From IMG/VR virus record IMGVR_UViG_3300031867_000012: a stretch of 64,000 nt of DNA. One strand, given 5' to 3'. Of this stretch, positions 10,016-20,222 are shown piece after piece. The translations under genes were made by a program, and so were the position numbers. The notes under the pieces are model-generated. The model was not told the DNA's origin. It was given only the letters and a program-made list of their open reading frames with translations, and did no database searches. This stretch comes from an uncultured virus (IMG/VR IMGVR_UViG_3300031867_000012). Lineage: Duplodnaviria; Heunggongvirae; Uroviricota; Caudoviricetes. Numbering within the stretch: position 1 is the first letter of the stretch; each line of letters starts with the position of its first letter.

Positions 10016-10273
10016 ATGAAAGCAAGAGTAATTGAAACCGGAAAAATAATAGATGTCAAATATTGGGGATGTCCTACATATGCAACATTTGATTGTAATA
10101 GTAAAATAAAAGAAATTTATGATGCAGATGAATTAGAATTTGAACCAGGTCCTAAAATGGTATCTCTCGATAATGTTTGTGAATGGTTAAAAGAACATAT
10201 TAATGAATATCATAATCCTAAATGTATTGCTGATTTGTTATTAATTAATGATTTAAGAAAAAATTTTGAATAA
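10016..10273 (+). CDS. hypothetical protein
   Basis: 85-aa ORF. Confidence 0.65.
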   Translation: MKARVIETGKIIDVKYWGCPTYATFDCNSKIKEIYDADELEFEPGPKMVSLDNVCEWLKEHINEYHNPKCIADLLLINDLRKNFE

Positions 10274-10479
10274 TGAAAGGTTTAACATTAAGAGAACTAA
10301 TTAATCGTCTCGAAGAGCTTTCTCGTAATGGACTAAATGATGGTATGCCAGTTGAAATTTCAGATCCGGATTTTAGTAATTATATAATTAAGGGAGCTTT
10401 TATTGGCCAATTTAATAATGCTGGTACATTTGATGAATCATCTGATTCATATGAATATGTTAGTTTAGTTATAGGTTAA
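10273..10479 (+). CDS. hypothetical protein
   Basis: 68 aa, LTLRELINRL N-terminus of a type common in small phage proteins. Confidence 0.65.
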   Translation: MKGLTLRELINRLEELSRNGLNDGMPVEISDPDFSNYIIKGAFIGQFNNAGTFDESSDSYEYVSLVIG

Positions 10480-10642
10480 AATTATGGTAACAAGAGAAGA
10501 AGTTAAACAGGTTCGTAATTTTTTGAATAAGGCATGTCCTGGCAAACCAATTACTATTTCAGCATCACTATTGAATGCAATTGATAGTATGTGTGCAGAT
10601 TATGAGTTTCAATATTCCAGAAGTTATTAAAATTATTAAATT

Positions 10643-10915
10643 ATGAATGCAAAAGAATTTAGAAGTGTACTATTTTATTTTTGTAATAGATGGTCACAAG
10701 ATGAAAGTAATCTAATTTTTAATGGTAAAGATTTTGACATAAATAATTGGAAATATAGTATGGGTGAATATATGTGGAATAAATGGATTAATGCATGTGA
10801 AAACCATAATGGCCCAATAGATTGTATTTCATCATATATTTTTGATATCGATAATAATTGTTTACAGAAATTTATAAATAGAACTGAAGAAATTTATGGA
10901 ACAGAAGCAAATTAG
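10643..10915 (+). CDS. hypothetical protein (TAG stop)
   Basis: 90-aa ORF. Confidence 0.65.
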   Translation: MNAKEFRSVLFYFCNRWSQDESNLIFNGKDFDINNWKYSMGEYMWNKWINACENHNGPIDCISSYIFDIDNNCLQKFINRTEEIYGTEAN

Positions 10916-11162
10916 TACAGAGTATATTACAAAATTCAAGAATGCTCTTCATAAGCGTATTGTAGAATTTAAGTATAATAAAAAGAATGGAGATGTTAGA
11001 ACTGCCCATGGTACATTGAATATTGAATTGATGGGAGAAGAAAATGCTCCTCGTGGTGTTGATGGGTATAATTCACCAGATAATCAAATTCGTTATTATG
11101 ATACTGATTCAAATGGTTGGCGTTCATTTTTAGTTGAGAATTTTATTGATTGGATAGATTAA
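10896..11162 (+). CDS. SH3 beta-barrel (WYL_2/DUF2693-like) protein
   Basis: VEFKYNKKNGDVRTAHGTL...YYDTDSNGWRSF signature. Confidence 0.75.
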   Translation: MEQKQISTEYITKFKNALHKRIVEFKYNKKNGDVRTAHGTLNIELMGEENAPRGVDGYNSPDNQIRYYDTDSNGWRSFLVENFIDWID

Positions 11163-11175
11163 ATTTTAATTAAAT

Positions 11176-11442
11176 ATGTATGATCAAATTACCGAAAATA
11201 TAAAAAATAATTTTTTAAATAAAGGTTATTTGTATACATGTGGATATGATAAAAATGGTATTATTGATAAACTTATCGAAAATAGTATATTTGATACCAA
11301 TTATGATTATAAACATGATATATTAAATATGAATCTAGGTGATAATATTAATATTAAATTTGATTTTATTTGGGAACAAACTTTATATACAACTAAATAT
11401 AATAAAGAAATACAACATTATAGATTAATTGAAATTAGATGA
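11176..11442 (+). CDS. hypothetical protein
   Basis: 88-aa ORF. Confidence 0.6.
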   Translation: MYDQITENIKNNFLNKGYLYTCGYDKNGIIDKLIENSIFDTNYDYKHDILNMNLGDNINIKFDFIWEQTLYTTKYNKEIQHYRLIEIR

Positions 11443-12521
11443 AAACACAGAATGAATTTTTAATAAAACTTTTATATACTCATACACCTTCTGGGTATGA
11501 GCGTTTATGTGGAATAGATCAATTACAAATGTATGTAAATACTCCTAATATTACAAATGTCGATAAAATTTGGAATCAATATTTTCGAAAGGGATATGAT
11601 GGAGAAGATGCATTGAATGTATTTATTTCTGCTCATTATGATGAGAATGCATTACAAGTAGTAAATATTACTAAGGAAGGAATGCTTCATATTATAAATC
11701 TTGGTGGTCTTGATCGTAAAACTATTGAAGGTTCTTGGGTTTATGTAATTTCTGATAATTGGGATGATGTAGATACCACTACTAAGAAATTAATTCCAGG
11801 AATTATTGGGAAGAAGCCTATTCATAAAGAGTCAGAAGATGAAAGAAAAACTGTTGATGAATATGATAAGATAATAGTAGATATTGGTGCTAATAGTGCT
11901 GATGAAGTTAAAGAGCTTGGTATTCATGTTGGATCAGTAATTGTATTCAAGAAAGAAGTTAATTGTCATTTTGGTATAGATCAGAAGAAAATTGTAGCTA
12001 ATGCCCTTGATGATAAGATTGGTATTTATTGTGTAACAGAAGCTTTTAATCAAATTAATGAGGATTATCTTAAAGAACATAAGATTTGCCTTACTCTTGG
12101 TTGGTTGACTCAGGAAGAAGTAGGTTTGCGTGGTGCTACTATAGCTGGTAAACTAAATCCTGATATTTCTATAGATGTCGATGTTACATTTGATACTTCT
12201 AAATGCACAGCAATTTCAAAAGAAAAATGTGGAAATATTGAACTTGGTAAAGGTGTTGTTCTTGAATATGGTCCTCATGGACAATATGTTCTTATGAATG
12301 ATCTTAAAGATATAGCTAATAAATTTGCTATTTCGTATCAAGAAGCAGTAGCTAAACCTGGTGGAAATAATTGTCATGCTATCCAAATGAATGCAAAAGA
12401 TTGTGCCACTGCTCATCTTGGAATTCCACAACGTAATATGCATACCCAAGTAGAAATGTGTCATTGGGATGATGTTTTGAATTGTATTGATTTGATTAAG
12501 AACTATATAGAAACTCTTTAA
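11439..12521 (+). CDS. M42-family (TET) metallo-aminopeptidase
   Basis: PSGYE, AHYDE, ALDDKIG, QEEVGLRGA, DVT and RNMHTQVE motifs. Confidence 0.9.
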   Translation: MKTQNEFLIKLLYTHTPSGYERLCGIDQLQMYVNTPNITNVDKIWNQYFRKGYDGEDALNVFISAHYDENALQVVNITKEGMLHIINLGGLDRKTIEGSWVYVISDNWDDVDTTTKKLIPGIIGKKPIHKESEDERKTVDEYDKIIVDIGANSADEVKELGIHVGSVIVFKKEVNCHFGIDQKKIVANALDDKIGIYCVTEAFNQINEDYLKEHKICLTLGWLTQEEVGLRGATIAGKLNPDISIDVDVTFDTSKCTAISKEKCGNIELGKGVVLEYGPHGQYVLMNDLKDIANKFAISYQEAVAKPGGNNCHAIQMNAKDCATAHLGIPQRNMHTQVEMCHWDDVLNCIDLIKNYIETL

Positions 12522-12546
12522 AATTTAAATTATTCATTATAAAATT

Positions 12547-12584
12547 AACCCGAGAATTGAATTTTTCTCGGGTTTTACTATATT
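12547..12584 (+). promoter_or_regulatory. terminator hairpin overlapping a phage promoter
   Basis: AACCCGAGAA/TTCTCGGGTT stem whose loop is TTGAATTT (the -35 box); TATATT at 12579-12584. Confidence 0.65.
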
Positions 12585-12608
12585 GATAATGTAATTAATT
12601 TAAATGAT

Positions 12609-12872
12609 ATGGGAAAATTTATTTCAGACGAACAAAAGAAAATCAATGAGCTTAAGCACCTTTATGAAAATCAAAAGAATAAGGTGTTTAACTATTCTAT
12701 TGACGATTTTGAAATTTATGATTCTCAATGGAAACATAAAGATTGGAAAACTTGGTATAAAGGATGTGGTCGTTATGATCATACAAAGAAGTTAGTTGAA
12801 CGATATATTGAGGAATGCAAGAAGCCTTATGGACAACGAGATCTTTCACAGTTTCATTTAGTTTCAGATTAA
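12609..12872 (+). CDS. hypothetical protein
   Basis: 87-aa ORF after a promoter. Confidence 0.65.
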   Translation: MGKFISDEQKKINELKHLYENQKNKVFNYSIDDFEIYDSQWKHKDWKTWYKGCGRYDHTKKLVERYIEECKKPYGQRDLSQFHLVSD

Positions 12873-13037
12873 TATGACAGTAACAGAAAAACTTATCGAT
12901 ATTATCAAGACAATGATTGAATATGGTATGCTTGATAGAAATAGAATTAATGATGTTGATTATGTAACTGAAAGAGTTAAAATCTATCTCGAAGCTAAAA
13001 AGTTTGTAAATGAAAATTTTAAAGGAATGTTTTAATT

Positions 13038-13421
13038 ATGGATAGAATTCTAAGTTATTTACCAGAAAATGTACATGTTCGATTTGGTTGGGATAGTGAA
13101 CCTTGGTGTGGAACCCATTTATTTGACCACGTAACATATAGAGTTATTAAAATTCCTAAGATTTGGTTGAAACATGGTGAACGCGGTCATTATGATGAAT
13201 GGTCTATTAAAGAGACATATAAGAAAAAGTTGGCTAGAGAATTTGGTGATGAATATCTTCATAAAACTGAAAGACTTGAGGTTCTTGAATGGAATCAGCT
13301 AGAAAATACCGCTTATATGTTAATGAAAGCTAAGAAGATTGGATTTGATAATCTTTTTGAAATTGCAAAAACTGTTAATTTGGCAGATGTAAAATATACA
13401 CATAGTAGTGGAGAAATTTAA
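13038..13421 (+). CDS. hypothetical protein
   Basis: 127-aa ORF. Confidence 0.7.
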   Translation: MDRILSYLPENVHVRFGWDSEPWCGTHLFDHVTYRVIKIPKIWLKHGERGHYDEWSIKETYKKKLAREFGDEYLHKTERLEVLEWNQLENTAYMLMKAKKIGFDNLFEIAKTVNLADVKYTHSSGEI

Positions 13422-13943
13422 ACTAATAAAATTATGTATAAGATTAATGAATTTGAAGTATTAGAAATTATAGATAAGGCCGTTAAGTTTGGTGTTGAAT
13501 CATTTGGACAACAATCAGCTATGGCCCTCCAAATAGCTGCATTTTGGTTAGAAGGATATATTGAAGGTAGAAAAAATGAAATTACTGAAGATGATATTAA
13601 GTCACTTCGAGCAACAATGAAAAATTATTTCTTTATTTAATATGATTATAAAATTTTTAAAAGGAAAGAGAAATCATTATAATTATAAATTTCCTATAGG
13701 CATTTATATTTCTAAAGTTCCTATATATCCTTTAATTAATGGTAAGGTTGAAAATTATCATAAAGGTATGAGAACAATAAATTTTAGATTTAAGAATAAT
13801 GTTTATACAATATTTATAAATTTATATAAAAATGACTAAAAATGAAATTGTAGATGCATTACAAGATGATAAATTGGTTGATTATATTCAACCTTGGTTA
13901 TTAAAATATATTGTAGATTTTGTAATTGAAAATTATAAAGAAA

Positions 13944-15107
13944 ATGAGTAAGATAGCTTTATTACTTTCCGGTGGTGTTGACTCTTCGGTTGCATTGCAT
14001 ATGCTTTGTCAAACTGGGGAGAAGCCTGATTGTTTTTATATACATATTGGTCCTGATGAGAAGGATTCATATAGTTGTACTTCAGAGGAGGATATTGAGA
14101 TGGCTTCTGCAGTTGCAGCAAAGTATGGATGTAAGTTTGATATTATAGATCTTCATAAGGAGTATTGGGATGGTGTTGTAAAATATACTATGGACACTAT
14201 CAAGAAAGGTTATACACCAAATCCTGATGTTATGTGTAACACACTTATTAAGTTTGGTGCATTTTATAAGAAGGTTGGGCATAATTATGATTATATTGCA
14301 ACCGGACATTATGCAACTAGAGTAGGATATGCTAGTAATGGTCCAGAAGTTAATTTTCCAGGTACTTCAATTCCGGTTACTTGTGAGTATTGGAATCCTA
14401 CCGAGGAGTGGTGGATTTGTCCAGCTAAGGATCCAGTAAAGGACCAAGTAGATTTTATTGCTAATATCGATACTTTTGTTATACCTATAAAGAAGCTTAT
14501 ATTTCCTGTTGGTAATTTAATGAAGGATGAGGTTAGAAAAATTGCTGAAGAGAATCATCTTGTAAATGCAAAGCGTAAGGATTCTCAAGGTATTTGTTTC
14601 TTAGGTAAAATTAATTATAATGATTATATCAAGAAGTATCTTGGTGAGAAAGATGGCGATATTGTAGATATTGATACATGTAAGGTTCTTGGTAAACATC
14701 ATGGATATTGGTTCCATACAATTGGTCAGAGAAAAGGCCTGGGACTCTCTGATGGGCCTTGGTTTGTAGTTGGTAAGGATATTAAACAAAATATTGTTTA
14801 TGTCTCTAAAGACCAAAATAGAAATGCCGTATCAAAGTTTATAATTGGAAATATTAATTGGCTAACTCGTAATCTTATTAATGATTATAATAATCTTAAT
14901 GATAAAGATAGTGATATTATCTGTAATATAACATTTAAAATTCGTCATACACCAGAAAAGTATTCTGGTAAGTTAATGTATATAGGAGATGATAATAGAT
15001 TAGCAGTTATTCCTGATGAGCCAATAACAATTGCACCAGGTCAATATTGTATTCTTTATGATGATGCTTATTATCACTGTTATGGGTGTGGAGAAATAAT
15101 GATATGA
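13944..15107 (+). CDS. mnmA: tRNA U34 2-thiouridylase MnmA
   Basis: SGGVDS PP-loop, NPDVMCN, ATGHYA, KDSQGICF, TIGQRKG, PGQ; start placed at ATG 13944. Confidence 0.95.
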   Translation: MSKIALLLSGGVDSSVALHMLCQTGEKPDCFYIHIGPDEKDSYSCTSEEDIEMASAVAAKYGCKFDIIDLHKEYWDGVVKYTMDTIKKGYTPNPDVMCNTLIKFGAFYKKVGHNYDYIATGHYATRVGYASNGPEVNFPGTSIPVTCEYWNPTEEWWICPAKDPVKDQVDFIANIDTFVIPIKKLIFPVGNLMKDEVRKIAEENHLVNAKRKDSQGICFLGKINYNDYIKKYLGEKDGDIVDIDTCKVLGKHHGYWFHTIGQRKGLGLSDGPWFVVGKDIKQNIVYVSKDQNRNAVSKFIIGNINWLTRNLINDYNNLNDKDSDIICNITFKIRHTPEKYSGKLMYIGDDNRLAVIPDEPITIAPGQYCILYDDAYYHCYGCGEIMI

Positions 15108-15475
15108 AGACATTAAAAGATAAAAGGAAATTTGGTTGGAATAAAATACCAAAAAACCGTAATTGTAAAAAATTTGGTATTCAACGTGGTGGTATTTATA
15201 AATATCGAAATGCTTTACATATTTTGCTATTTCATAGTGAAGGCTGGGATCGTCCAATAGAACATGGTCATTTTGATGAATTATATTGGACTATTAAAGA
15301 TATTAAGAATTATTATGAACATTATAAAAATGGAGAAAATCTTTTTGAATATATAACAAGATATGAATATAATCCTGAAGCATTTTGGAAAACAACTTAT
15401 GGGAGATATTATCATACATTATGTGAGCATATTGAAGAATTATATAATACATTAAAATTAAGAGGAGATGTATGA
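15104..15475 (+). CDS. hypothetical protein
   Basis: ATGA-coupled to mnmA. Confidence 0.6.
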   Translation: MKTLKDKRKFGWNKIPKNRNCKKFGIQRGGIYKYRNALHILLFHSEGWDRPIEHGHFDELYWTIKDIKNYYEHYKNGENLFEYITRYEYNPEAFWKTTYGRYYHTLCEHIEELYNTLKLRGDV

Positions 15476-15721
15476 TCCTATGATATAATGAAGATATATT
15501 TAATTAATTATGACAAAAGAAAAAATAATTGAATTAATTAATCAGAGAATTAAAGATACTAAAGAAGAATTTAAAAGACAAGAAAATCTTTATAATACTT
15601 CAAAAAAATATTCTTCTCCTGATTATACTTGGTATGATACTAGAATTAAAACTTTTAAAGAGTCATTAGAGTTAATTGGAATGTTAGATAGTTCAAATAA
15701 GTAAATTTATATGTAAAAATT

Positions 15722-15745
15722 TGAGACTAAGAATTCTTAGTCTCA
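15722..15745. terminator. bidirectional terminator
   Basis: Perfect TGAGACTAAG/CTTAGTCTCA stem between convergent genes. Confidence 0.75.
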
Positions 15746-15997
15746 TTTATATACAAATTTATCAAAATCTTCTTCTAAATATTCTAATCTATATCTAAAT
15801 AATCTTCTATTTGGACAATTATGATTATATGGAAAATTAGACCAATATGTAGGTGGTCTTGAGAATTTATCTGGAATCCAAGGACATCTACCAGTATCTC
15901 TTCCCCAAAACATACAATTCCAACAAATTCTAAACGTCTTATCTATACCTAATTTAGATTTTGGAAATATTTCAGATTTTTTAAGTTTAGTAGCCAT
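15743..15997 (-). CDS. small Cys-containing protein
   Basis: CWNC...C...C; start placed at ATG 15997. Confidence 0.55.
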   Translation of the reverse strand: MATKLKKSEIFPKSKLGIDKTFRICWNCMFWGRDTGRCPWIPDKFSRPPTYWSNFPYNHNCPNRRLFRYRLEYLEEDFDKFVYK

Positions 15998-16599
15998 TAA
16001 ACTGATATAATACCCGGTTGTGGGAGCCATCTATTATGTATTTGTTTAGCCTGGGGCTTTATATGGTTCTCAAAATTAATTTCTTGTTCTTTATCATATT
16101 GTTTATAGTAAAATCCATGAAATGTCCCCTGTGTGCTCTCTTTTAAATTAAATAATACTAGATCTTTCTTATATTGTTTACATAATTCTAAATCATGTTT
16201 AGTACCATGTGATTCACCATCCCAAATAGCTAAACAAATATCACAGTTCTTTATAATATCTTCATTACGAATAAATCCGGCTTTTTTCCCATATTGAGCC
16301 CAATTTGGTCTAAATACTTGTAATTCTATATTATTTATATTTGCAAATTCATCTGCAAAAGAATCTACACCTCTTGCACCGCCAGAAATAATCTTAGTAG
16401 GTTTACCAAAAATATAAACAAAATAATCAAATAATGTTTTAACAAAAAAATGATCAGTAATAGAACGACTACCTACTATAGCTACTTTCATTTCATCATT
16501 ATTTGTATTCTTATTTATAATATATTTTTGGTCATTTTCAAATATATAAATTTGAATTGAATCATCATCTTGTTCATTAATATAAAATTTATGTTCCAT
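15997..16599 (-). CDS. SLOG-family (YspA/DUF2493-like) nucleotide-binding protein
   Basis: VAIVGSR, SGGARGVD, AGFIRN, WDGESHGT. Confidence 0.85.
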   Translation of the reverse strand: MEHKFYINEQDDDSIQIYIFENDQKYIINKNTNNDEMKVAIVGSRSITDHFFVKTLFDYFVYIFGKPTKIISGGARGVDSFADEFANINNIELQVFRPNWAQYGKKAGFIRNEDIIKNCDICLAIWDGESHGTKHDLELCKQYKKDLVLFNLKESTQGTFHGFYYKQYDKEQEINFENHIKPQAKQIHNRWLPQPGIISV

Positions 16600-16761
16600 A
16601 TTTTATTCTTTCTATAATATTTTGATCAATTTCTTGTGATATTTGTTCAATCATTGCTTCACACCACATATCTTCTATTTTCCTATTTGTTACTAATAAT
16701 TCCATAATAATGACAATATTGTCCTATAAAATCATAAAGAAATTATAGGACAAATATATTT

Positions 16762-17295
16762 TTATTCACTACGTACTTCTACAGGAGCAGTGCCATTTTC
16801 ATTAGCTTTTTGTGGATCTAAAAGTTGAATTCGATCACAAATAATATTATGTTTAGCTGCATTATCCCAAATTTCTTGTGTCAATTCAGCATATTCATCA
16901 CGAATATCTTTGAAATAATCATTGATTGCAACTACATATTTCCATTCTTGATAACCTTTAAACTTAAGTTCACCTAATGTACGAAGTGTTCCATCAAACA
17001 TAGGATAAAGAACTGTCTTAGGATTCTTTGAAGGATTCCAGAATTCATACATAGTAATCATACCAACAGTAAATTGCCATGTTACTGATTGTTGATCTAA
17101 GAAATAACGAATAGCTTCAGCTGCTTCCTTATATCCTTTATTAGCTAATTTAAATTCATACTTTTGAATCTTTTCATTAATAGCATCTGCATCTTTTACA
17201 ATTTCCTTTTCAATTTCAAGTACTTCTTCTAATGTTTTAGAGTCAATCAATCTCTTATAGACTTCTAACTCCTTTTGTTTTTCTAATTGATTCAT
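16762..17295 (-). CDS. hypothetical protein
   Basis: 177-aa ORF. Confidence 0.75.
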   Translation of the reverse strand: MNQLEKQKELEVYKRLIDSKTLEEVLEIEKEIVKDADAINEKIQKYEFKLANKGYKEAAEAIRYFLDQQSVTWQFTVGMITMYEFWNPSKNPKTVLYPMFDGTLRTLGELKFKGYQEWKYVVAINDYFKDIRDEYAELTQEIWDNAAKHNIICDRIQLLDPQKANENGTAPVEVRSE

Positions 17296-17324
17296 TAAAT
17301 TAAATATATATATTTAGTTATTCG

Positions 17325-17834
17325 TTAGACGAATATTAATATAGCTCCTATAATTATTCCGTATACTACACTATGCCAAAACATTCTTTTAAAACAATAT
17401 GACATATATTTACGTGAAGTAATATCAAATACTAAAAGATAATTATCATGATTTTCTGGTCCAACATGCTTAATATCTAATGTAATATAATCATATAACT
17501 TCTCTATTTTGAATAATGAACTTATTAATGACATTTGACGATATATCCAATTTTTAACATATTCTTCATTATTTGTTTGATAATCATCTATTTCAATTAT
17601 CATAGAAGTTATATCTAAATTTCCATTAATATCAATATTAGGATTAACTATTCCGTATAGTCTTCCTAACCAATCTTTATCTAATTCACATTTAAGATAC
17701 TTCATAATAACCATATTAAATTGTCTACTATATAAAGTATCTGATATTAATCGGTAATCTTTAATATATGAAAAAATACTTTGAATAAATTCAAATATTT
17801 TATATATTAAAAAATTAGAGAAAAATTTTTTCAT
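17325..17834 (-). CDS. hypothetical protein with C-terminal transmembrane segment
   Basis: Ends SVVYGIIIGAILIFV. Confidence 0.7.
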   Translation of the reverse strand: MKKFFSNFLIYKIFEFIQSIFSYIKDYRLISDTLYSRQFNMVIMKYLKCELDKDWLGRLYGIVNPNIDINGNLDITSMIIEIDDYQTNNEEYVKNWIYRQMSLISSLFKIEKLYDYITLDIKHVGPENHDNYLLVFDITSRKYMSYCFKRMFWHSVVYGIIIGAILIFV

Positions 17835-17939
17835 GAATATTTTAATTAAATTTATTTTTAATAAAATTAATATAATTTAATATAGAATTAAGAATTATAT
17901 CATTTCAATTAAAAAATATATTTTTTTCTTATATTTTTA

Positions 17940-17967
17940 TTGAATTTTTTAAGAATAATTCTATTTT
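17940..17967 (+). promoter_or_regulatory. putative phage promoter upstream of the sigma gene
   Basis: TTGAAT-N16-TATTTT. Confidence 0.6.
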
Positions 17968-18041
17968 TATTATGTCAAATGTACTTTGGTACATTCTATA
18001 TTGGTGAATATATAATAAATAATTAATATAAATAATAATTT

Positions 18042-19247
18042 ATGAAAAAATTTTCACAATTTAATGAGGCTAAAAAAGCCGAAGAGCTAAACATTCAGGA
18101 TGACACTATTAATTATATTAGTGTTGAAGACCTTAAAAGTTATTTGACAATTGCCAATAAATATCTTTCTCCAGAAACAAAAGAGATTATTGATTGGCTT
18201 ATTGTAAATAATAAAACTTATCTCCACGATTTGGATCCAAAGGGTGAGGCTGATAATGCATTGGCATCATTCTATAATAAGGGTGTTCCAAATGAGGAGG
18301 ATTTGAAGGAATTGTATAAATGTATTGGAAAGGTTAAATTAGCAGACCGTCTTCTAGAAATTCCAGTATTCCAAACAAAGGAACAATTTCAGGATATTAT
18401 TGATAAGAAGATTTCTCCTGATGAAGTACTTCTTGATTTAAAGACTGAAAAGGGTAGAAATAAGATTATTCAACAGTATACTCCACTTATTCATAAGATT
18501 ATTCGTCAATGGGTTGGTAAATCTAATCTTGGTGTTGATGATTTGTTATCATCAGCATATGAATCTATTACTTATGCTATGAATAGATTTGGTAAACGTA
18601 AAGTTCGTGATGAAAATGGTAAATGGGTAGAAGCAGAAAAGGATGATAAGACTTCTAAATATTCATTTACACAATATGCCGCATATTGTATTGATAATGG
18701 TATTCGTGAGGAAATTAAACATAATTCTCACCTTGTTCGTGTTCCTGCATCTCAACAGTCTAAAGAGCGCCAAGAAAAAGGACATAATACTAAGAAGTAT
18801 GCTGTAAGTGGTGATGTTGGTATTGGAAAGAATGATAATGGTAATACCCGTACATTGTTTGATATTCTTGATACTGGTGAGAATGGATATAAAAGTGTAA
18901 ATAGTGAAGATCTTGATAAGCTTTGGAATATGGTTTATAAGAAGCTTGGTGAGAACTTTAAGGAACGTGACCTTGAAATCTTCTATTCATCATTTGGTTT
19001 GAATGGATATAAGAAGATTAAAGGTAAAGAACTTGCTAAGAAATATAATATTGGTGCTTCTGCTATTACACCTATTAAGATTAAGATTATTAACTTTATT
19101 AAGAAAGACAAGACTCTTTGGAGTGCATTTAATGAAATTCTTGATATTGTTGGTGAAGCAAAGCAAGATAAATATAATGAAGACGATCAATATCTTGAAG
19201 AACATTCAACAAGAGGTCTTAAAATAAATACAAATGAAGATGAATAA
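18042..19247 (+). CDS. sigma70-family RNA polymerase sigma factor with N-terminal extension
   Basis: Region 2 (RNKIIQQYTPLIHKI...DDLLSSA...FTQYAAYCI...LVRVP) and region 4 HTH (ERDLEIF...FGLNG...KELAKKYNIGASAI). Confidence 0.85.
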   Translation: MKKFSQFNEAKKAEELNIQDDTINYISVEDLKSYLTIANKYLSPETKEIIDWLIVNNKTYLHDLDPKGEADNALASFYNKGVPNEEDLKELYKCIGKVKLADRLLEIPVFQTKEQFQDIIDKKISPDEVLLDLKTEKGRNKIIQQYTPLIHKIIRQWVGKSNLGVDDLLSSAYESITYAMNRFGKRKVRDENGKWVEAEKDDKTSKYSFTQYAAYCIDNGIREEIKHNSHLVRVPASQQSKERQEKGHNTKKYAVSGDVGIGKNDNGNTRTLFDILDTGENGYKSVNSEDLDKLWNMVYKKLGENFKERDLEIFYSSFGLNGYKKIKGKELAKKYNIGASAITPIKIKIINFIKKDKTLWSAFNEILDIVGEAKQDKYNEDDQYLEEHSTRGLKINTNEDE

Positions 19248-19751
19248 ATGAAAAACATTACAGAAATCATAGATACTATTAATGAGGCTAGACTTAGTAA
19301 TGATACTCCAAAGCCATTTGAAACAAAAGAAGAATTAATGGCATTTATTGATGAAGTGGAAAAAACTAAACTCATTATTAAGAAATATGAAGATGAAGCT
19401 CAGAAATATTGGAATGAAATGTCTAAGAATCAAGCTAAAGCCGAAAAGGAATTCAACTCATTAAAAATACCATTTAATGACCCGGAATGGGATACAAAAT
19501 ATGATGAGATTCAAAAGAAATATCAAATTGATGAATTAATGAAAAAGGCTTCTTCAATAACTGAAGCTCCTGAATGTAAAGAAGCAAATCATAAACTTTA
19601 TGGAGAACTCCAACAAAGAGCTTTAGATTCATTATCACCAAAAGAACAAAAGAATATTGGTAAGCGAGGTGGTCGTATGTATAATATTCTTGCTGAAGTA
19701 CTTAAGAAATATACTCATTGGGATTATAAGAAAAATAAACCTGTTGAATAA
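19248..19751 (+). CDS. putative virion internal protein
   Basis: N-terminus MKNITEIIDTINE. Confidence 0.6.
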   Translation: MKNITEIIDTINEARLSNDTPKPFETKEELMAFIDEVEKTKLIIKKYEDEAQKYWNEMSKNQAKAEKEFNSLKIPFNDPEWDTKYDEIQKKYQIDELMKKASSITEAPECKEANHKLYGELQQRALDSLSPKEQKNIGKRGGRMYNILAEVLKKYTHWDYKKNKPVE

Positions 19752-19981
19752 TGAAAGATATTACAAATTTTATAATTGAAGGGCAATTTTCTGAATGGTG
19801 GTCTGTTAAGTGTAAAAAAGAACATCAAACTAAACATCAAACATTTAAACCTGGTGATGAATATGAAGCATCAAAAATTAATGATAATTGGTGGTTAATT
19901 GATACAGTTGGGGTAAATAAAGATGATTTTGCCAAATGTTTTGATAAAATTGAAAAAATAGATATTAAAGCTGAAGAATGA
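19751..19981 (+). CDS. putative virion internal protein
   Basis: N-terminus MKDITNFIIE. Confidence 0.6.
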   Translation: MKDITNFIIEGQFSEWWSVKCKKEHQTKHQTFKPGDEYEASKINDNWWLIDTVGVNKDDFAKCFDKIEKIDIKAEE

Positions 19982-20217
19982 AAACTATAAATAATTTTAT
20001 TAATGAAAATCAATCATTATCTGCATTATATCTAAAAAATGAAGATAGTGATACATGGACAATATCAGATAAAGGAAAAACTATTAAAGATATTGGTGGA
20101 ATTCAAATAGCTTGGGATCCATATGCAGGTATTTATTTTATTGGAACATATGAAAAATTGCAAATGTTTCAAAAGGCTATTAAAGAAGAAACTATTATAG
20201 AAAAAGATGCACTTTAA
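19978..20217 (+). CDS. putative virion internal protein
   Basis: N-terminus MKTINNFINE. Confidence 0.6.
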   Translation: MKTINNFINENQSLSALYLKNEDSDTWTISDKGKTIKDIGGIQIAWDPYAGIYFIGTYEKLQMFQKAIKEETIIEKDAL

Positions 20218-20222
20218 TTAAC

